From an uncultured Deferribacteres bacterium (GTDB lineage: Bacteria; Zhuqueibacterota; JdFR-76; BMS3Abin05), in the NCBI GenBank assembly GCA_964579725.1, contig CAZOHG010000001.1, positions 76,704 through 140,703 on the forward strand: a stretch of 64,000 bases of DNA, read 5' to 3'. The notes under the pieces are model-generated. The model was given only the letters and a program-made list of their open reading frames with translations. It was not told where the DNA came from and ran no database searches. Position numbers and translations under genes: made by a program. Position 1 is the first letter of the stretch. Each line of letters begins with the position of its first letter. Positions 58,419-64,000 of the stretch are shown here, piece after piece.

Positions 58419-60168
58419 CTGTTTTGTACTCTTTAAATGTTTCCTTCAGATTTTTTTCAAAAATCACCACGGGCATTTCTTTGCGCAATTTGGCCATCCA
58501 CTCTTTTTGCAATTTTTTCGTCAGTTGCGTGCGCAGGTCTCGTTCCACGTCAAATCGGGCTTCTTCGTAATTTTTCTGTCGCTCTGGACGTCTTTTGAGC
58601 ACCTTAATAATGTAATAGTTCGTGCCCATTTTCAGAGGACCGCGAATTTCTCCGATCTTAGCCCGAAAGGCTTCATTTCCAATTAAACCGTACGAATTAA
58701 TTCCGATAAAACCCAACATCCCCTTTGTTTTCTTTGTACTGGCCATTTGATTGTATTTTTCGGCAAGCCTGGTAAAATTCTGTCCTTTTAAAGCCATGTG
58801 GTACACACGGTCGGCCAATTTTTTATCTTTCACCATAATGACCTGAACCTTGACTTTCGGCGGGTCTTTGTAGAGCCCAAGGTGACTCCGGTAATATTTT
58901 CGGGCCAGACTGTCGGTAACGACCACCTTCTGCAGTACATTTCGCTTCCGGGCTTCCTGGTAAAGCTGGCTGTCCACATAGTCGCGAATTTGTTTCTGGT
59001 AGCGAGCTTTTTTCAAAAGTCCCCTGTGCCGACCCTCAATAAGAATGATCTTATTTCGAAGTTCCCCGTCCAAGATATTGCGAATGCCGCGGGCACCGCG
59101 AATAGGCTGCCGAAGAAAATGTTTCGGCCCTTTTCCCACAATTCTGGCAAAATCTTCAAGGGTGATTTTTCCTCCTCGGTAGGTAACGAGGGGCCGCTTC
59201 ATTTCCTGAGCAGAAAAAGCAGAAAACGGGCCGGTCGTGTCCGGGGCAAATCCCTTTTTCTTTTTAAGAGGATGTGGCATGTGAAGGCTGTCCGCCAGGA
59301 ATTTAATATTTTTGTTGTACCAGGTGACGTTGTATTTTTTCTGGAGGTTTTTCCAATAGGATTGGTACACCTGAGAGAGCTGGCGTGAGTGCTCTCGAAT
59401 CAGGTTGTTCAGAATTTGCGTTCGGGCGATTTCGTAAGGCTGGCGTGGAAAAATTCGGCGTTCCAATACCTGAATAATCTCAATCCCCTGATTGGTTTTC
59501 AGCGGGTCGGTAATGTCGTACCGTTTCAAACGGAAAACGACTTCACGCACGGCCGGGTCCAATTGTCGCCATTTAATATAGCCAAGCGCGCCGCCGCGGT
59601 CGGCTGTCGCTTTGTCAGAAGAATATTTTTTGGCCAATTCCCCAAAATCGGCTCCGGAACGAATTTGTTGAACCAACCTTTGCGCCAGGGCCATTGTGGA
59701 ATCGACCTGTTTTTTGGGTGCCTTTGCCGGAAGGCGAAGCAAAATGTGGCGTAGCTTCAAATCAATATTTGAGTGTTTCCAGATGTTTCGAATTTGATTT
59801 TCCGGAATCACCTGAGGAACCACATCCGCCTCCATGACCGCCCAAAACAGGGTCTGGTCTCGAAACAGTTTGATTTTCTTTTGAAATTGAGGGTCTCGGT
59901 CTAACCCCTGGGACTTGGCGGCCAGGACTTGCAGTCGGTGGCTAATCATCTCATCCAGCACCTTTTTCTTGTCCGAAAGCGGGGCTTCCAGGCCGGCGGT
60001 GATGGACCGCTGTTTCATGTAGGTTTCTTCAAACTGGCTTTGTGTAATGCTGCTGTTCCCCACGCGTGCTACCGGTTTGTCGATTTTTTTGCACCCGACC
60101 AAACTCAGCGCAATCGCAATCCCCAGAACAATACGACTTCCGAAAACAAAAGACCCGATTTTTTTCAT
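58408..60168 (-). CDS. lipoprotein peptidyl-prolyl isomerase with two parvulin domains
   Basis: LVG-C lipobox, RHIL..FGELAKKYSSD..GGALG, second parvulin domain. Confidence 0.85.
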   Translation of the reverse strand: MKKIGSFVFGSRIVLGIAIALSLVGCKKIDKPVARVGNSSITQSQFEETYMKQRSITAGLEAPLSDKKKVLDEMISHRLQVLAAKSQGLDRDPQFQKKIKLFRDQTLFWAVMEADVVPQVIPENQIRNIWKHSNIDLKLRHILLRLPAKAPKKQVDSTMALAQRLVQQIRSGADFGELAKKYSSDKATADRGGALGYIKWRQLDPAVREVVFRLKRYDITDPLKTNQGIEIIQVLERRIFPRQPYEIARTQILNNLIREHSRQLSQVYQSYWKNLQKKYNVTWYNKNIKFLADSLHMPHPLKKKKGFAPDTTGPFSAFSAQEMKRPLVTYRGGKITLEDFARIVGKGPKHFLRQPIRGARGIRNILDGELRNKIILIEGRHRGLLKKARYQKQIRDYVDSQLYQEARKRNVLQKVVVTDSLARKYYRSHLGLYKDPPKVKVQVIMVKDKKLADRVYHMALKGQNFTRLAEKYNQMASTKKTKGMLGFIGINSYGLIGNEAFRAKIGEIRGPLKMGTNYYIIKVLKRRPERQKNYEEARFDVERDLRTQLTKKLQKEWMAKLRKEMPVVIFEKNLKETFKEYKTDEI

Positions 60169-60191
60169 TCACTGCCTCCATTTCAAACGTT

Positions 60192-63100
60192 TCAGGCTGC
60201 CTTCTCCGCAATTTTTTTCAGGAAGGTTTCGACTTCTTGAAGGGGCTTTTCCCGTCCTTGACGCAACTCAAATTTAAAGCCAAATTTATTCCCTTTCAAG
60301 AATTTTATTCCGCTTGGAGAAAGACTTAAAATTTTACGGACAACCTCTTGCAAAAGTTCCTTCTGAGGTTCCTCCTCGTAAAAGGCATCGGAGAAGTAAG
60401 CGGTCACCACACCTTTTCGAATTCGGAGCTTTTCCAGGCCCAATAAACGGCTGAAAAGCCTTAGTCGGGCAATGCCGAAGAGATTGCGAACCTCTACGGG
60501 CACGGGGCCAAAGCGGTCGCGCAATTCCTCCTGAATTTCCAAAAGTTCCTCTTCGGAACGTACCCGCATCAGCCGACGGTAAAGCTGCAAACGCTCGACA
60601 TCCGACGCCACGTAATCCTGCGGAATTAGGGCATTCAAATCCGTATCTACTTCCGTTTCCAGTCCTTCGCTGGGTGCCAATTCCTCTTCGGCGCCGCGCT
60701 CCTTTTTCAATTTCTGGACGCTTTCATTCAGAATCTTGGTGTACATGTCGAAACCGACAGCATTAATGTAACCGCTTTGTTGGGGACCCAAAAGGTTACC
60801 GGCTCCTCTAATTTCCAAATCACGCATAGCCACCTGAAGCCCGGAGCCTAACTCCACAAATTCCTCCAGAGTTTGTAAGCGTTGGAGGGAAGCCTCGGTG
60901 AGATATTTGACGGGCGGAACCAAAAAGTAGGTGTAGGCTTGTCGATTGGAACGCCCGACCCGACCACGGAGCTGGTACAACTGCGCCAGTCCGAACCGAT
61001 CGGCACGGTTCACAATCAGTGTGTTCACGTTTGGCAAATCCAACCCCGACTCAATAATCATGGTGGAAACCAGACAATCATACTCCTTATTCAAAAAAGC
61101 CACCATAATTTTTTCCAACTCGTGTCCGTGCATTTTGCCGTGAGCCACCGCAATACGCGCTTCCGGAACCAATCTCTGCAGCATTTCTGCCACCGCTGTA
61201 ATGGATTGGACCCGGTTGTGTACAAAGAAAACCTGTCCGCCGCGGTGCAATTCACTCAAAATAGCCTGTCGAATCAAACGCTTGTCAAAGGGAACCACCT
61301 CCGTCAAAATAGGCAGGCGATTGGGTGGCGGCGTGTTGATGTTGGACATGTCCCGTGCCCCCATAATGGAAAAATGCAGGGTGCGTGGAATTGGTGTTGC
61401 GGAAAGGGCGAGCACATCCACCAGTGGAAATTTTTCTTTTAACCGCTCTTTCTGGGCAACCCCAAATCGGTGTTCTTCGTCAATAATTAAAAGCCCCAGA
61501 TCCCGAAAAACCACATCTTTGGAAAGCAGTCGATGTGTACCGATTACAATGTCAACCGTCCCGTCCTTGAGCCCTTTAATGACCTCCTTTTGTTCTTTCA
61601 AGCTGCGAAATCGGGAAAGCAACGCTACTTTCAGCGGGAAAGAACGAAGACGCTCGCGAAATGTGTTGTAGTGCTGCTGTGCCAAAACCGTTGTGGGAAC
61701 CAGAATCGCCACCTGTTTGCTGTCCATTGTGGCCTTAAAGGCGGCTCTCAGAGCTACCTCCGTTTTCCCGAAGCCCACATCCCCGCACACCAGCCGATCC
61801 ATAGGTGTGGGCGCTTCCATGTCGCGTTTGATTTCGCGAATGGTGCGAAGCTGGTCGGGCGTTTCGTCGTAAATAAAGGATGCCTCCAATTCTTTCTGCC
61901 AGAGCGTGTCCGTTGAAAAAGCAAAGCCCTGTTTAGCCTTACGCACCGCGTACACGTCTAACAGTTTTTTGGCCATTTCCTCAATGGCTTGCTTGGTACG
62001 ACTTTTCAATCGTTCCCAATCGGGGCCCCCGAGTTTGCTGAGCTGGGGACTGAATCCTTCCCGGCCTGTGTACTTTTGCAATCGGTGAACCTTGTCAATG
62101 GGTACGTACAGCTTGTCGCCGTCACGGTATTCAAGCTGGACGGTTTCGCGCTCGCTGCCATTCACCGTAATGTGGGCTAATCCCACAAATTTTCCGATGC
62201 CAAAATCTTCGTGAACCACAAAATCGCCGGGGGAAAGAACGGACGCACTTTTAATGGGAGCACCGCCCCGATACTTTCCCCAACGCTTGCGTTTGGGCAC
62301 GCGTCCGTAAATGTCCTTCTCTGTAAAGAGGGCAAATTGGGCGTCTGGGAAATAAAACCCGTCGGACAGGTGTCCACGACCAATGGTGACACCATTTTGA
62401 AGCAGTCCTCTCTCCTCAAACAAATCGCGAAAACGCTGGACCTCGAACTCTTCTTCAAGAGAAATGAAAATCTTCGTTTTTTTCTCCGAGTGTTTCCACA
62501 AATGTAAAATCACTTCCTCCAAACGCCGAAGATTTCCGCGGAAACTTTCGTGCGTGACTATCGTTGCCACCAAGTCGGCCTGTCTTGTGGTGAGTAGGGA
62601 ATTTTGAATCCAAAGGCGCTCACCCAAGTCCGTACGGAGGGATTCCAGCGAAAACAATGGCCCGCTCTTTTTCCCCAAACTGTCTTCTTTGTCGGATGAG
62701 CCTTCGACGCCCGTTCGTTCCAAAATGGCCCGCTCAATGGCTTCCGGCTGGTCGAAAAATATTATGCCGTCAGACCGCAAGTACGCAGGAAGAGAAACAG
62801 GCGATCCACCCAAGATTTCTCCCTCATCGGGCTTTAAAATCGAAATTTGATTGATGACTTTGGTTGACCGCTGAGTCACCACATCAAAACGCCGCACGGA
62901 ATCAACGACATCCCCAAAAAACTCCACACGGACTGGCCATTCCTCCTCGAACGGAAAAATGTCCACAATTCCGCCGCGAACACTGAACTCACCCGCGCCA
63001 CCGACCATTTCCACCCGCTCGTACCCAAAATTTACTAAGCGGGAAACCAGCTCTTCAAAATCCACCGTGGCACCGACTTGAAGGAAAAGTCGCTCACTCG

Positions 63101-63509
63101 CCATTTGACGCGGCGGAGGAAGCTTTTCTACCAGTGCCTGAGCTGTAGCAACAAAAACAGCCGTTGTTTCGGAAACCAAACTTTCCAGCGTGCGCAAGCG
63201 CTGCCCTTTTATTTCATAGTGCGCCTGGCTATACACAATTTTCCCGGACGGTTCCTCCGGAAAAAAATTAACGTGTTTTGAACCCAGTAAGTACAGCAGG
63301 TCTGAAAACACAGCCTCCGCACGCGAAGAATCCGGCACAACAACAAGTATTTGTTTTTTTAAGTTGTTAAATAGGAGAGAGAGCAAAATGGATAGAGCAC
63401 TCCCCCGCAAGCCGCTCACACGAGGGGAGTGCCCTGAGTCTAATTCTTGAAGCAACGATCGGAAAAATCGGCTTTCGCCAAAACTTTGCAACAAATTGTT
63501 TTTTAACAA
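60192..63509 (-). CDS. mfd: transcription-repair coupling factor
   Basis: UvrB-like N-terminus, CarD-like RID, GDVGFGKT, DEEH, SATPIPR, QLRGRVGR, TRCF domain. Confidence 0.98.
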   Translation of the reverse strand: MLKNNLLQSFGESRFFRSLLQELDSGHSPRVSGLRGSALSILLSLLFNNLKKQILVVVPDSSRAEAVFSDLLYLLGSKHVNFFPEEPSGKIVYSQAHYEIKGQRLRTLESLVSETTAVFVATAQALVEKLPPPRQMASERLFLQVGATVDFEELVSRLVNFGYERVEMVGGAGEFSVRGGIVDIFPFEEEWPVRVEFFGDVVDSVRRFDVVTQRSTKVINQISILKPDEGEILGGSPVSLPAYLRSDGIIFFDQPEAIERAILERTGVEGSSDKEDSLGKKSGPLFSLESLRTDLGERLWIQNSLLTTRQADLVATIVTHESFRGNLRRLEEVILHLWKHSEKKTKIFISLEEEFEVQRFRDLFEERGLLQNGVTIGRGHLSDGFYFPDAQFALFTEKDIYGRVPKRKRWGKYRGGAPIKSASVLSPGDFVVHEDFGIGKFVGLAHITVNGSERETVQLEYRDGDKLYVPIDKVHRLQKYTGREGFSPQLSKLGGPDWERLKSRTKQAIEEMAKKLLDVYAVRKAKQGFAFSTDTLWQKELEASFIYDETPDQLRTIREIKRDMEAPTPMDRLVCGDVGFGKTEVALRAAFKATMDSKQVAILVPTTVLAQQHYNTFRERLRSFPLKVALLSRFRSLKEQKEVIKGLKDGTVDIVIGTHRLLSKDVVFRDLGLLIIDEEHRFGVAQKERLKEKFPLVDVLALSATPIPRTLHFSIMGARDMSNINTPPPNRLPILTEVVPFDKRLIRQAILSELHRGGQVFFVHNRVQSITAVAEMLQRLVPEARIAVAHGKMHGHELEKIMVAFLNKEYDCLVSTMIIESGLDLPNVNTLIVNRADRFGLAQLYQLRGRVGRSNRQAYTYFLVPPVKYLTEASLQRLQTLEEFVELGSGLQVAMRDLEIRGAGNLLGPQQSGYINAVGFDMYTKILNESVQKLKKERGAEEELAPSEGLETEVDTDLNALIPQDYVASDVERLQLYRRLMRVRSEEELLEIQEELRDRFGPVPVEVRNLFGIARLRLFSRLLGLEKLRIRKGVVTAYFSDAFYEEEPQKELLQEVVRKILSLSPSGIKFLKGNKFGFKFELRQGREKPLQEVETFLKKIAEKAA

Positions 63510-63515
63510 ATTACA

Positions 63516-64000
63516 CTAATTTTCTTTTGACTGGAGTCCCATTTCGATTGCCTTTCGCACCATTCCGTCGGCGTCTTTCAGAAGCTTTTCCGCCTCCTCT
63601 TTGGAAACTTTTGCCTCAATCATGACAATGGCGGTTTTGACATGTCCGCCGGCAGATTCCAGATATTTTTTGGCCGTTTCGTAGTCTACACCCGTTACAA
63701 TCATGAGCGTTCGTTTCGAACGTTCAATAAGCTTTTTGCTATTCATTTGCAGGTCTACCATCATATTGCCGTAGACCTTTCCCATCTTGATCATGGCCGT
63801 GGTCGTCAACATATTCAGTACCAGCTTGGTGGCTGTGCCCGCTTTCATGCGCGTTGACCCCATAATGACTTCGGGTCCCACGACAGGGCAAATGGCTACG
63901 TCCACGTCCAAATTCATTTCGCTTCGCGGTGTGCAAGTAACGTAAAGTGTTTTGGCGCCGATGGAGCGGGCGTACTCAACGGCCCCCACTACGTAAGGCG
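63516..64000 (-). CDS. murQ: N-acetylmuramic acid 6-phosphate etherase (5' end lies outside the window)
   Basis: GPEVIMGSTRMKAGTATKLVLNM, GNMMVD. Confidence 0.95.
   Translation of the reverse strand, partial: PYVVGAVEYARSIGAKTLYVTCTPRSEMNLDVDVAICPVVGPEVIMGSTRMKAGTATKLVLNMLTTTAMIKMGKVYGNMMVDLQMNSKKLIERSKRTLMIVTGVDYETAKKYLESAGGHVKTAIVMIEAKVSKEEAEKLLKDADGMVRKAIEMGLQSKEN

Overview
A gene-dense bacterial chromosome segment of about 50% GC, made mostly of housekeeping genes on the minus strand. The gene content (alpha2-type GlyRS, lat/pcd, ino1, bifunctional FTCD, DUF4159/DUF4175, TSP3-OmpA) suggests a diderm FCB-related lineage such as KSB1 or Calditrichota; this is inference only. In order, the window holds three tRNA-Ser genes; MBL, HAD, ppdK, TSUP, ctpA, tmk, MATE; ino1, panD, pgsA-like, rsmI, lat, aldehyde dehydrogenase; and a terminator-bounded 5 kb envelope/regulatory locus. 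Next come glyQS, recO, mgtE, rsmA, tatD, metG, ricT, holB, envC-like; a mainly plus-strand block of odd hypotheticals leading into a nucleoside-salvage operon; and finally a DUF4159/DUF4175/TPR module, three PPIases, mfd and a partial murQ. I found no CRISPR array, integrase, transposase or rRNA. The best candidates for undescribed biology are: (1) the 15.95-21.13 kb locus, with barrel-OmpA and barrel-CpoB-like fusions, a bEBP lacking both GAFTGA and the phospho-acceptor Asp, an orphan 124-aa gene and two GG-N10-GT sigma54-like sites; (2) a ~280-nt rod-like RNA structure with a competing terminator hairpin between holB and ricT; (3) the 33.4-37.9 kb cluster, with a permuted HAD, a GGQ-less aeRF1/Balon-like protein and a GalT whose catalytic His is Tyr. 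All family calls come from reading motifs by eye; no searches were run.
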